Source: Candidatus Sericytochromatia bacterium (GTDB lineage: Bacteria > Cyanobacteriota > Sericytochromatia > S15B-MN24 > JAQBPE01). From it: DNA of 43,375 nt. The translations under genes were made by a program, and so were the position numbers. Shown one piece after another: positions 27,943 through 37,642 of the stretch; positions within the stretch are counted from its first letter, which is position 1, and the number at the start of each line of letters is the position of its first letter. The notes beneath the pieces were generated by a model. It saw only the letters and a program-made list of their open reading frames with translations, was not told where the DNA came from and made no database searches. The DNA lies in the NCBI GenBank assembly GCA_040400605.1, contig JBBAPZ010000012.1, positions 57,364 to 100,738 of the forward strand, read 5' to 3'.

Positions 27943-29958
27943 TTACCAGATGCGGATGCGTTGCGCGGGTTCGCGGTAGAGGCGATCGCCCGGTTGCAAG
28001 CCGTAGGCTTGGTAAAACGCGTCCAGGTTGGTGACGACCCCATTCACCCGGCACATTTCAGGCGAGTGGGGATCCGTTGCAAGCCTTTGCCTGAGCCATT
28101 CTTCGCGGCTCTTGGAGCGCCAGACGCGACCATAGCCGACAAAGAAGCGTTGCGCCCCGGTCAGGCCATCCACGGTGGTGTCCGGGCGATCGCCCCGGGA
28201 CCATTGATACGCGCGCAGCGCCATCGCCACCCCGGCAAGGTCCGCAATGTTTTCACCCAGGGTCAAACGACCGTCAACGTGGACGCCTGGCAACGGCTCA
28301 TAGGCTGCGTACTGGTCAACCAAGGCCGCCGCCTTGGCATTAAAGGCCTGTTCATCGGCGGTGGTCCACCAGTCGCGCAATTGCCCCGTGCCGTCGTAGC
28401 GGCGTCCTTGATCATCAAAGCCGTGGCTGATCTCATGCCCGATCACCGATCCAATCGCACCATAGTTATACGCGTCATCCGCCGCCGGATCGAAAAACGG
28501 CGGTTGCAAAATCGCCGCCGGGAATACGATCTCGTTGCCAACCGGACTGTAGTACGCATTCACCGTCTGGGGCGTCATGCTCCAGCGCGCGCGATCCACC
28601 GCTTGCCCCGCTTCAGCCAATTCACGCCGCATATTAAACCGTGTCACCCGAATGACATTCCCCAACGGATCATCCCGACGCACCACCACCCCGGTATACG
28701 CGCGCCAGCGATCCGGGTAACCAATCTTCACCCGAAACGCCGCCAGCTTCTTCAAGGCCTCGGCACGCGTGGCAGGCGTCATCCATTCCAGCTCACCCAG
28801 AGCCTGCCGATAAACGGTAATCAAATTATCCACCAAGACCGACAGGCGCGCCTTGGCCGATGCCGGAAAGTGAGCATCCACATACGCCTTCCCGATGGCC
28901 TCACCCAAGACCCCTTCCGTTGAAAGGACGGCCCGACGCCACGCCGGTGGCTCTTCCTTCAAGCCATTCAACTTAACCCCTTTGAAGCCGTGATGGGCCT
29001 TGCGAAACGCTTCACCGAGGTCCTCCGCATAAGCGTCCAGCACGCGCCACCGGGCATAATGCTTCAGCGTGTCAAGTGGCGTTTTGGCGAGCAATTCCCC
29101 CAGCTTCTCCAGATAGCTCGGCTGGTTCACCACCACTGTCGCCGCCTTGGAAACCCGCAACGCCGCAAGCACCTGATCCAGACGAACCCCCTCAAAGCGT
29201 GTGGCAAGCTCCTGTGGCCCCACCCGGTTGTAGGTCTTCACCGCGTCGCGATTCTCCACGCGCGTCCAGTGCAGACGTGCAAGCGCCGTCTCAAAATCCA
29301 GCACGCCCTGCGCGACCTTAGCCGCACGCTTGTCACCCGCCAACGCCAACACCTGTGTGACGTAGGCGAGGTAATCCTGACGCAAGGTCACGCTGGCCGC
29401 ATCAGTTTTGAAATAATAGTCACGATCCGGCAACCCCAACCCCGCCTGGGTGATATAAACGGCATTGCGCGCAGGCTCCTTGCTGTCCGCGTAGACATAC
29501 GGCACCAAGGGACCATCAACGCCCCACTCGACCAGCTCGACCATAACGGGCAAGGCTGCCTGGCTGGTGCGCAGGCTGTTGATGCGATCCAACAACGGCT
29601 TGAGCATGGCAACCGCTGCTTGCGGCCGAACCGTGCCATGCAACTTGGCGTGGTAATAATCCTGCGCAAGCTTTGACTCCGCCGAGGCTGCCGCACCCTT
29701 GGGCGCGGATTTTTCCAGCAATTCGCGCACCTGCTGGTTGGAGCGTTCACGGAGCATCAAAAACGTGCCATAAGCGCGTTTGTCCGCGGGAATCTCTGTG
29801 GCATCAAGCCAGGCCCCGTTGACGTGACGAAAAAAATCATCCTGAGGCCTGCTCGACGCATCGCCCCCCTCGGGTGTGATGAAAGCGCCCAAAACCGGCG
29901 ACGCCATCAACGTGGCCAAGGCCAGGGTGGTCGCGCAAGTACGCCAGAAACCAACCAT
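27943..29958 (-). CDS. M13 family (neprilysin/PepO-like) metallopeptidase, secreted
   Basis: Signal peptide; PQDDFFRHVNG, VNAYY, PAAILQPPFF, NYGAIGSVIGHEISHGFDDQG, GENIAD, DPHSP, terminal RIW. Confidence 0.95.
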   Translation of the reverse strand: MVGFWRTCATTLALATLMASPVLGAFITPEGGDASSRPQDDFFRHVNGAWLDATEIPADKRAYGTFLMLRERSNQQVRELLEKSAPKGAAASAESKLAQDYYHAKLHGTVRPQAAVAMLKPLLDRINSLRTSQAALPVMVELVEWGVDGPLVPYVYADSKEPARNAVYITQAGLGLPDRDYYFKTDAASVTLRQDYLAYVTQVLALAGDKRAAKVAQGVLDFETALARLHWTRVENRDAVKTYNRVGPQELATRFEGVRLDQVLAALRVSKAATVVVNQPSYLEKLGELLAKTPLDTLKHYARWRVLDAYAEDLGEAFRKAHHGFKGVKLNGLKEEPPAWRRAVLSTEGVLGEAIGKAYVDAHFPASAKARLSVLVDNLITVYRQALGELEWMTPATRAEALKKLAAFRVKIGYPDRWRAYTGVVVRRDDPLGNVIRVTRFNMRRELAEAGQAVDRARWSMTPQTVNAYYSPVGNEIVFPAAILQPPFFDPAADDAYNYGAIGSVIGHEISHGFDDQGRRYDGTGQLRDWWTTADEQAFNAKAAALVDQYAAYEPLPGVHVDGRLTLGENIADLAGVAMALRAYQWSRGDRPDTTVDGLTGAQRFFVGYGRVWRSKSREEWLRQRLATDPHSPEMCRVNGVVTNLDAFYQAYGLQPGDRLYREPAQRIRIW

Positions 29959-30388
29959 CTTGTTTCATTCCTTCCTTTATCATCCCATCAAATAGCGCTG
30001 TTTCAACCCATTCAACACACGCACACATTCAGCGTAACATGGTGCAACACCGCACGCCGTTCACAGACAGCATCAACGGATGCGAACACACAGCACGCGG
30101 CCGCCGGCTGCTGCAGCGGGTTGCTGGTTTGCTTGTGGCAGCCGACCCGTTACCACCCGTTGCGCGCAACCAGGAACCCGCTTCCGGCGCCAATTGCCAT
30201 GTTATCGGAACGCCCGGAATCTTTGCTTGACGGGCAAGCGTTGTCTTTCGAGTTTGTCACAAGAGCGATATACTTGAATCGGATGTCAAACTGGTGCCAC
30301 CCGTTGCCTGGGTGCAGCACACCCGCTCCACCAACGTCGCTGGACTGCAATGAACGATTTCACGATGGATGTCAATGAGGAGATCACG

Positions 30389-32245
30389 ATGAATCACCCC
30401 GCCGTGGCAAAAGCCCCCACCGTTAATCAAAGCTTGCTCAAATGGGTTGAGCAAGTCGCCGATTTGTGTCAGCCGGATCGCATCCACTGGTGCGACGGCA
30501 CAACCGAAGAGTATGACAGGCTGTGTCAGCAGATGGTTGATGGTGGCACCTTTATCCGCCTGAACCCCGAAAAGCGTCCCAACAGTTATTTGTGCCGCTC
30601 AGACGAGAACGATGTGGCGCGGGTGGAGGATCGCACCTTCATTTGCAGCCGTCGTCGTGAAGATGCGGGGCCCACAAACAACTGGCGCGACCCGATTTTG
30701 ATGAAAGCCGAGTTGCAGGCCTTGTTTGAGGGTTCGATGCGGGGTCGCACCATGTATGTGGTACCGTTCTGCATGGGGCCTTTGGGCTCTCCCATTTCGC
30801 AAATCGGGGTGCAACTGACCGACTCCCCCTATGTGGTGGTCAGCATGCGCATTATGACTCGTATGGGGCAGATGGTGCTGGATGCTCTGGGTGAAAATGG
30901 TCCCTTTGTCGCGTGCATGCATTCGGTTGGCATGCCGCTCACAGCAGGTGTCGCGGATGTGCCCTGGCCGTGCAACCAGAGTGACAAATACATTGTGCAT
31001 TTCCCGGAAGAGCGCGCCATTTGGTCTTTCGGCAGCGGCTACGGTGGCAACGCGTTGCTTGGCAAGAAGTGTTTCGCGTTGCGGATTGCCTCAGCGATGG
31101 GGCGTGATGAGGATTGGTTGGCCGAGCACATGCTCATTATGGGTGTGGAGGCGCCGGATGGCCAAAAGACTTATGTGGCGGCAGCGTTTCCGAGTGCGTG
31201 TGGCAAAACCAATTTTGCGATGATGATACCGCCTGCTGGCATGCCGGGTTGGAAAATCACGACGGTGGGCGATGACATTGCCTGGATCAAGCCGGGTCCG
31301 GATGGCCGTCTGTATGCCATCAACCCAGAGAACGGTTATTTTGGCGTTGCGCCGGGTACGTCGGCCAAGACCAATCCCAATGCCATTGCGGCGATCGCCT
31401 GTAACACGATTTTCACCAACGTCGCCCTCACCCCGGATGGTGATGTCTGGTGGGAAGGTATGACCGATACTCCCCCTGAGAGTCTGATCGACTGGACGGG
31501 CAAGCCGTGGACGCCGGGCTGCGGACGCAAGGCGGCGCATCCCAATGCCCGCTTCACGGCCCCGATGAGTCAGTGTCCCATTCTGGATCCCCGGGCTGAG
31601 GACCCCCAGGGTGTGCCCATTGCCGCGTTCATCTTCGGCGGGCGGCGCACGAGCCTGGTTCCGATGGTCTTTCAGTCCTTCAACTGGACCCACGGCGTCT
31701 ACCTCGGTGCGACCATGGGTTCGGAAACTACTGCCGCAGCGGGTGGCAAAACCGGTTTGGTGCGCCGCGACCCGATGGCGATGTTGCCTTTCTGCGGCTA
31801 CCACATGGCGGATTATTTCAACCACTGGTTGGCCATCGGGCGCGAGATTCCGAACCCGCCCCTGATTTTCCACGTCAACTGGTTCCGGCAAGATGACGAA
31901 GGCCAGTTCCTGTGGTCCGGTTTCAGTGACAACATGCGCGCCTTGGCCTGGATCATCGCGCGGGTTCACGGGCGTGCCTTCGGGGTGGAAAGCCCACTGG
32001 GGTGGATGCCGCGCTTTGAGGATCTCGACACGCGCGGGATGACGGATTTTGATTATGATCGCTTCGACGCCTTGATGGCCATCGACCGCGAAGCCTGGAA
32101 GAAAGAAACCCTCTTGCACGAAGAACTGTTCCTCGGACTGCTGGACAAGCTGCCCCGAGAACTCGTCTACGAGCGCGAACTTCTCATCGCGCGCCTGTGG
32201 CGATCGCCCGAACTCTGGCGCCTCGCCCCGGAAATCCCCGATTGA
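30389..32245 (+). CDS. pckG: Phosphoenolpyruvate carboxykinase (GTP)
   Basis: [69 protein letters not shown]. Confidence 0.98.
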   Translation: MNHPAVAKAPTVNQSLLKWVEQVADLCQPDRIHWCDGTTEEYDRLCQQMVDGGTFIRLNPEKRPNSYLCRSDENDVARVEDRTFICSRRREDAGPTNNWRDPILMKAELQALFEGSMRGRTMYVVPFCMGPLGSPISQIGVQLTDSPYVVVSMRIMTRMGQMVLDALGENGPFVACMHSVGMPLTAGVADVPWPCNQSDKYIVHFPEERAIWSFGSGYGGNALLGKKCFALRIASAMGRDEDWLAEHMLIMGVEAPDGQKTYVAAAFPSACGKTNFAMMIPPAGMPGWKITTVGDDIAWIKPGPDGRLYAINPENGYFGVAPGTSAKTNPNAIAAIACNTIFTNVALTPDGDVWWEGMTDTPPESLIDWTGKPWTPGCGRKAAHPNARFTAPMSQCPILDPRAEDPQGVPIAAFIFGGRRTSLVPMVFQSFNWTHGVYLGATMGSETTAAAGGKTGLVRRDPMAMLPFCGYHMADYFNHWLAIGREIPNPPLIFHVNWFRQDDEGQFLWSGFSDNMRALAWIIARVHGRAFGVESPLGWMPRFEDLDTRGMTDFDYDRFDALMAIDREAWKKETLLHEELFLGLLDKLPRELVYERELLIARLWRSPELWRLAPEIPD

Positions 32246-32257
32246 CGCGATCACCTT

Positions 32258-32288
32258 GCCTGCCTTGTTACAACAAGGCGGGCTTTTT
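32258..32288 (+). terminator. Intrinsic terminator after pckG
   Basis: GCCTGCCTTGTT-AC-AACAAGGCGGGC followed by TTTTT. Confidence 0.8.
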
Positions 32289-32309
32289 GTCATATCGAGG
32301 CAGATAATC

Positions 32310-32735
32310 GTGGTTGAGCAACCCTTACCACCCCTGCAACCCGGCTGCCAGCTCCCATACGCAACCATCGCCGCATTGCGACCAGACAGCGTCCGTGCCT
32401 ACCATACCGGCCCAGGCGCGGTTGGGGTTTACTGGATCACACCTGAGCGGGTAATCGGTATCGATGCGATACCCACCGGCGCGAGGTGGTGCCCGGTGTC
32501 CAAGTTAAAGGTCTGGCTCACCACCGGACCCAACGCGCACCTCGCCTTACCCGCAGGCCCAGCGACTCCGGAGGCCATGACACTGCCTCGGCTCGCAGCC
32601 AAAAGTGGCGCCGTCTGGCTCGAACGCCGCGATGCCAAAACGCTCCTGGTCGTTTTGCAGGCGCTGCGCTTCCCTGGCTTCGGCCCCTTCAGCCACACAC
32701 CCCAGTTGGTGGTGATTCACGCCTATCCGCCTTGA
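32310..32735 (+). CDS. Hypothetical protein
   Basis: Fills the gap between pckG and the convergent surface cluster; GAGG before GTG 32310; no family recognised. Confidence 0.45.
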   Translation: MVEQPLPPLQPGCQLPYATIAALRPDSVRAYHTGPGAVGVYWITPERVIGIDAIPTGARWCPVSKLKVWLTTGPNAHLALPAGPATPEAMTLPRLAAKSGAVWLERRDAKTLLVVLQALRFPGFGPFSHTPQLVVIHAYPP

Positions 32736-32757
32736 GTCTGCTCGGAGCCCGAAGCGT

Positions 32758-34608
32758 TCAACGTCCAACAGCGCTCAACCCGGAAGAAACGGGTTTGGCG
32801 TTCTCACCCGCCACCGCATCCTTGCTCAGTTCCTCGATGCGTTGTTTGGCCTTGCGGTAATTCGGATGCTCGGGGTGATAATAGTGCAAGCCACGCTCAT
32901 AAGCCGTGCGGGCTTCGGCATAACGCCCCAGTTGATGCCACGCATTGCCGTAGAGCAAGGTGGCATCCATCCCAAGGCCGTCGCCGACGTGTCGCTCATA
33001 CAGGGCAATGACGTCATCGTAGCGTTTCTGCCGGGTAAAGGCCTGTAACTGGTCAAAGATCAACGGTGCCCCGAAGCGATTGAGCCGTGCAGCAAGGCCG
33101 TAGATTGTATCCACCCCTTTGGGCCGCCGCTCGCGCTCTTCGAGTGCCTCCGCCATATACTGATAACCCGCTGATTGATACAGGGGCCACACCGTCCGGG
33201 TGCCAATCCACACGTACACCGCTGCAAGCCCGACCACCAGCGCCACGCGCAGCGCCATTGGCCCTTGGGCACTTAATTGTTCCGTCTGCGTCTCATGGGC
33301 CAGGGCCAGTGCCAGCACCACCATCAACGCGGCGGCTGTCACCGGAATGTGCAACGGAAAGCCAAAGCAACTCGCCACCGCAAGCGCCAGCAAGCCGATC
33401 AGCAAGCCGGTACGTTCGGGTAGGGGCAAACCCTGATCAAGGCGCAAGGCCTTGACAATGACAAGTCCAAACCAGAGCACCAGTAACAACCCGGGAATCC
33501 CCAGCTCCACGGTAAGTTGCAATCCATCCTGGTGCGCCTGATAAAAACGCGAGCCCGAGGTGACATCCGGCAAGCCCTCCGGGTACAGCTCGGCCAATTT
33601 TTTCACATTCCCCAGTTGATAACCGCCAAGCCCCGTGCCAATCACCGGGTGCTCAGGCACCATGGCAACAGCCGCCCGCCAATTCACCAAGCGCGCCTCG
33701 ATGGAATCATCCATCAGGGTCAACTTTTGCGAGAGGCGATCGCCCATCACGCCAACGACCACGACTAATCCCAACACCACCGCAGCCGTGAGGCCCCAGC
33801 GTCGTTTCCCAACGAACCAATGCCGCGGATGCAATGATTGAACACCACGCGTCAGCACCCAGGCCGCCATGCCGCCGACAAGCAGACCCAATAAAGCCGC
33901 CCGGCAGCCCGTCGCGACCAGCAAGGCCGCGGGCGCGAGCAAGGCCGTGCCCAGGATCCATCGCGCGCGCAACGACGGCCGCGACAGCGCCCAGCCAAAT
34001 AAGACGGGTACGGTGAGGCACAACAACTCAGCGAGGTAATTGACGTTGCCCAGGGTGCCGATCGGCACACCCTTCTCACCGGCGCCGTACCAATACAGGA
34101 TGTGCCCAAACACACTGTCCACCCCAAGCGATCGCCCCCAGGCATTGAGCGGCGCCCGAAAATACTGCATCAAGCCAAGCACCGTTTGATAAGCCACCAG
34201 CACACCCAGCATGGCGTAGAGGCGATCGCGCAACCCCCCACACACACGTAACACAGCGACCAGGTGCACGCCCAAGGCCATCAACGCCAAAACGCCCACG
34301 GCATAAGCGGCGCTCATGCCAGGCTTTAGCGCCAACGCGCTCGTTACAACCACCCAAACCGCAAGCAAAGCAACCGGCACCAACGCCCCTGCACACAAAG
34401 GCCAAAGCGACCACCCCCGCGCCGCGCGCCACAGCATGACACCGCACACCAAAACGCCCGCGCCGCTAAGCAACCACACTTCGGATGGTACGGAAAACGC
34501 CTCCGCAATGCCCGGCGGAAAAAACACCAACGCGCCCAGCAACCACACCCAGAGCCCAAGACCCCAAAGATTCAAAAACGACACCCAAGCCGGCACACGT
34601 TCCGTCAC
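32758..34608 (-). CDS. O-antigen ligase (Wzy_C) family protein with C-terminal TPR; probable protein O-oligosaccharyltransferase
   Basis: Many TM helices; GTLGNVNYLA, TGCRAALLG, R..NWRAAVAM..EHPVIGTGLGGY, AHQDGLQLTVELGIPG; TPR-like tail YGNAWHQLGRYAEARTAYERGL; GTG start at 34608 after GGGGTGGA. Confidence 0.85.
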   Translation of the reverse strand: MTERVPAWVSFLNLWGLGLWVWLLGALVFFPPGIAEAFSVPSEVWLLSGAGVLVCGVMLWRAARGWSLWPLCAGALVPVALLAVWVVVTSALALKPGMSAAYAVGVLALMALGVHLVAVLRVCGGLRDRLYAMLGVLVAYQTVLGLMQYFRAPLNAWGRSLGVDSVFGHILYWYGAGEKGVPIGTLGNVNYLAELLCLTVPVLFGWALSRPSLRARWILGTALLAPAALLVATGCRAALLGLLVGGMAAWVLTRGVQSLHPRHWFVGKRRWGLTAAVVLGLVVVVGVMGDRLSQKLTLMDDSIEARLVNWRAAVAMVPEHPVIGTGLGGYQLGNVKKLAELYPEGLPDVTSGSRFYQAHQDGLQLTVELGIPGLLLVLWFGLVIVKALRLDQGLPLPERTGLLIGLLALAVASCFGFPLHIPVTAAALMVVLALALAHETQTEQLSAQGPMALRVALVVGLAAVYVWIGTRTVWPLYQSAGYQYMAEALEERERRPKGVDTIYGLAARLNRFGAPLIFDQLQAFTRQKRYDDVIALYERHVGDGLGMDATLLYGNAWHQLGRYAEARTAYERGLHYYHPEHPNYRKAKQRIEELSKDAVAGENAKPVSSGLSAVGR

Positions 34609-34618
34609 GATTCCACCC

Positions 34619-35188
34619 CTACTTCGCCAGCTTGGCTTCCAATCGGCGCATCTTGCGCTCAACCGTCGCGCGGTTGGGCGCGTTGGGTACCAAGACCAGA
34701 TACTGCTTAAAAAACGCGAGGGATTGCGCGTAATCGCGCAGCCCAATCGATGTCTCCGCGAGGTTCTTGACCACACGCGCATCACGCGGCTCAGCCTTGT
34801 GCAAGGGCATCAAGATGTCTTTGGCCGCTTGATACTGGCCACCATCAATAAATAAAGCACTCAAGCTCAAGCCGACATCCGCATCCGTGGGATCCGCCCC
34901 GTAACTCGTGCGCAGATGCTTGAGCGCATCCACTTCGCGCTTCTGCTTAAGCGCCAGCACCGCGGCGCCAAAGTTACCCCGATGATGCGTCGGGGACACC
35001 TGCAAAACCGCCTCAAACCCCCGCGCGGCTTCTTGCTCGCGCCCCAGTTTAAAATGCGCGATCGCAAGCTCCGCCTGCTCATCCGCACTCACAACGATCC
35101 CAGGCGGCAGCACCAACACCAAGGCAAGCAATACCACCCACGGTGTGCCTGCCAAAAGCCTTTGTTTGGTTGAATCATTCAAAAACAT
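34619..35188 (-). CDS. Membrane-anchored tetratricopeptide-repeat protein
   Basis: N-terminal hydrophobic helix, then about four TPR motifs (AHFKLGREQEAARGFEAVLQVSP; YAQSLAFFKQYLVLVPNA); ATG 35188 overlaps the upstream gene. Confidence 0.85.
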   Translation of the reverse strand: MFLNDSTKQRLLAGTPWVVLLALVLVLPPGIVVSADEQAELAIAHFKLGREQEAARGFEAVLQVSPTHHRGNFGAAVLALKQKREVDALKHLRTSYGADPTDADVGLSLSALFIDGGQYQAAKDILMPLHKAEPRDARVVKNLAETSIGLRDYAQSLAFFKQYLVLVPNAPNRATVERKMRRLEAKLAK

Positions 35189-36260
35189 ACAGCCCTTGAT
35201 CCGTCTGCCCCGCGCGCCCCAAGGTCTCAAGCGCCATGATGGGCACGCCCGCCACATCAAAACACAAACCCAGCACCCGCAAGACCGTGTTACCCTCGCT
35301 CACCTGCAAAGACGTCTCACCCAAAGGCAAGCCTTGCTTGCTGAAACGCCGCAACCGGGCCGCCGTCGCGCCGGTCCCATCCTGCGCGAGATACCAGTCC
35401 CCATTGGGCCCCACCCAAAAGCGATCCGGGAATCCCGGAACGCTGATTGACACCTCGCGCCATTGCTGGTCCTTGCCCAACAACCCGAAACCGGCACCAC
35501 CAGCGGCCTTGAGTCCCATCACGTATAGATCGCCATCCGGCCCCACGCGCAACGCGCGCGTCGGCGCAAAGGGGTCGTCGATATCGAAAATGGCCTCGGG
35601 CGTTTCATCTTCTTCACCTCGCACGTAGGCAACCCGACGCTTGTTGGTCGTCTTGCGCGTCTTTTCTTCGATGTCGTATTTCAGCATCCCGAGCGTGATC
35701 ACATCCCCTTGTGCGCCAAGGGTTGCAAAACCCACGCGGGGTGCGGCGGTGACCGGAAGGCGATCCGCACTCACAATCGCCGCCGTGAACAACTTGTTCA
35801 ACTTGAGCGCCTCATCCTCCACCCAGGTATAAAACAGCGTGCCGCGCAAATCAAAGGCGACCCCTTCCACTTGATCCGGCGCTTTTTCACCTTCGCGCTG
35901 CAACGCCGTCACCGAGCGAAACACCCCCGCCCGTGTAAAACGGCGCAACAAATAGCGGCGGGGGGTGCGATCCGAGTTAACGCCATCAATCACAAACAGC
36001 TCATCCAAAGCAGGGGCGTAATGCACCCCCCCGATGCCTTCAAAGTCATAGCGCCCCAAGCGCTTGGCTGTCGACAACGTCCAAGCGGAAGGCGTCGGCG
36101 AAGGCGTCGCCGTCGCAACTGGCGTTTGCGCAGAAGGCGCCACCGACGCCGGTGCCACCGGTACGGGTGAGGCAACAGGGCTTTGTGGCGGGGGCAAGGG
36201 TACACACGCTGCGATCGCCCCCAGACCAACCAACCCCAACAAACGCTCACGCATACGCAC
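35175..36260 (-). CDS. Lipoprotein with Pro/Ser/Thr tether and NHL/beta-propeller-like domain
   Basis: Lipobox IAAC; blade-like repeats GVAFDLRGTLFY, LRVGPDGDLYV, FWVGPNGDWYL, GLCFDVAG. Confidence 0.75.
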   Translation of the reverse strand: MRMRERLLGLVGLGAIAACVPLPPPQSPVASPVPVAPASVAPSAQTPVATATPSPTPSAWTLSTAKRLGRYDFEGIGGVHYAPALDELFVIDGVNSDRTPRRYLLRRFTRAGVFRSVTALQREGEKAPDQVEGVAFDLRGTLFYTWVEDEALKLNKLFTAAIVSADRLPVTAAPRVGFATLGAQGDVITLGMLKYDIEEKTRKTTNKRRVAYVRGEEDETPEAIFDIDDPFAPTRALRVGPDGDLYVMGLKAAGGAGFGLLGKDQQWREVSISVPGFPDRFWVGPNGDWYLAQDGTGATAARLRRFSKQGLPLGETSLQVSEGNTVLRVLGLCFDVAGVPIMALETLGRAGQTDQGLYVFE

Positions 36261-36274
36261 AACAAACCACCTTG

Positions 36275-37642
36275 CTAAATCTTGATGGCCATGCGACTGG
36301 CCTTGGGGTCGGGCCGATTGCCCACTGGGTCTTTAAAGTCAACATCCAGGTTAACTTCCACCCACTTGGCGTCCTTAAACGTGTCCTTGGGGTAAAAAAG
36401 CGTCACCACCCGCGCATCGCTGCTACTGAAGGACAAACGGTTCGGACGCAACGCCGTGTCGATTGCGACAGGGTCCGTAGCCTCCGCGAAACGGCTCTTG
36501 TTCATAATGAGCAAACGCTGATCCGTCTTCAGCCTGGTAAATTCAGGCTCTGATTGATCCTTGGCCACCTGCATCGGCTCACTGAGCGTCAAGGTCACCA
36601 AATCCGCCACCTGCGAGCCAATTTGCTGAGCCGGTTCAATTCTCAGGTCCACCAGTTTCGGCCCCGCGTCATCACGCGCAGCCCGAAAACGAAAACGATC
36701 CTGGTGGGTCAGGTTCCACGCGCGATCCGCCAGGTAAAAGCCCCACACCTTGTTCAAAAATGTATCCGGGTCCAAACGTTCCAACACGGGCTTCGCAAAC
36801 GCAAACGCGGCACGCCCACGGCCCAGTGCCTTGCCCCCCGCATCCGTAATCCCCATATCCTCCCAATTGGGCTCCTCGGTTTCCGCATTGAACGAATCCA
36901 GTTTGTTTTGCCGGAACCCCAAACTGTAAAACACATCGTCGGTCGCACCAGAGGCCAGATACGGGCCCGCAAACGCGAAAGTCAGCACCTTGCCTTCGGT
37001 ATCCCACGTCAGCTCCGGTCGCGATCGATACAACCCGCTGCCACCACGCGCCCGCATGAACGGCACATTGGTCCCGGAGTAAAAATCCAGATACGCAATC
37101 AGGCGCTCACGCGAAGCCTCGGGCAGCGGCTCACTGACAACCAATTTTAAAGTCAAAGGCCCCCCCGGCTTTTCATCGACTATCACGCGCTCGATCTCAG
37201 GATAGTCCGACAGAAAATAAGGATTGGTGGACAAAGGCACTTCTTGTCCAAAATGCAAGGTCAGCGCATCTTTGAGTTCAACGGTCTGCTCGCGCGCCGT
37301 CATCCCCGTCTTGCTCGCCCGGATGTTATACGTTCCCGGCGCCAATTCCAGCCGATAAACCCCTTGCCCATCGGTCAAGCCGGTGCCAACCACCTGCGTC
37401 TGGTTGGGCAACCGGGCCTCCACGCGCGCGTTCGCCAGCAACCGCCGTTCCTCATCCCGCACCTCACCAGTTATCACCGCTTTGGCCGGTACAGGCGCGA
37501 CAGAGGCCGCAGGCGTGCTAACAGGCGATGGTAACGCCCCAGAAGGGGCCGCGGAGGGGACACCGACCCCACCCCCTGCCGGGAGCGTACAACCTGCCAA
37601 AAGTCCAGCCAAACACAACGCACGAAGACGCGCATGACGCAT
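36275..37642 (-). CDS. Surface lipoprotein paralogue P1 (carboxypeptidase-regulatory-like domain plus Ig-like domains)
   Basis: Lipobox LAGC; ITGEVRDE...TDGQGVYRLEL.PGTYNIRASKTG; YFLSDYPEIERV; WNLTH; LTLSEPM; DPVGN. Confidence 0.85.
   Translation of the reverse strand: MRHARLRALCLAGLLAGCTLPAGGGVGVPSAAPSGALPSPVSTPAASVAPVPAKAVITGEVRDEERRLLANARVEARLPNQTQVVGTGLTDGQGVYRLELAPGTYNIRASKTGMTAREQTVELKDALTLHFGQEVPLSTNPYFLSDYPEIERVIVDEKPGGPLTLKLVVSEPLPEASRERLIAYLDFYSGTNVPFMRARGGSGLYRSRPELTWDTEGKVLTFAFAGPYLASGATDDVFYSLGFRQNKLDSFNAETEEPNWEDMGITDAGGKALGRGRAAFAFAKPVLERLDPDTFLNKVWGFYLADRAWNLTHQDRFRFRAARDDAGPKLVDLRIEPAQQIGSQVADLVTLTLSEPMQVAKDQSEPEFTRLKTDQRLLIMNKSRFAEATDPVAIDTALRPNRLSFSSSDARVVTLFYPKDTFKDAKWVEVNLDVDFKDPVGNRPDPKASRMAIKI

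Noticed and set aside
27937-32368. Long ORFs 27937-28923 (+), 28990-29676 (+) and 31091-32368 (-)
   Set aside because: Antisense shadows of the M13 peptidase and pckG.
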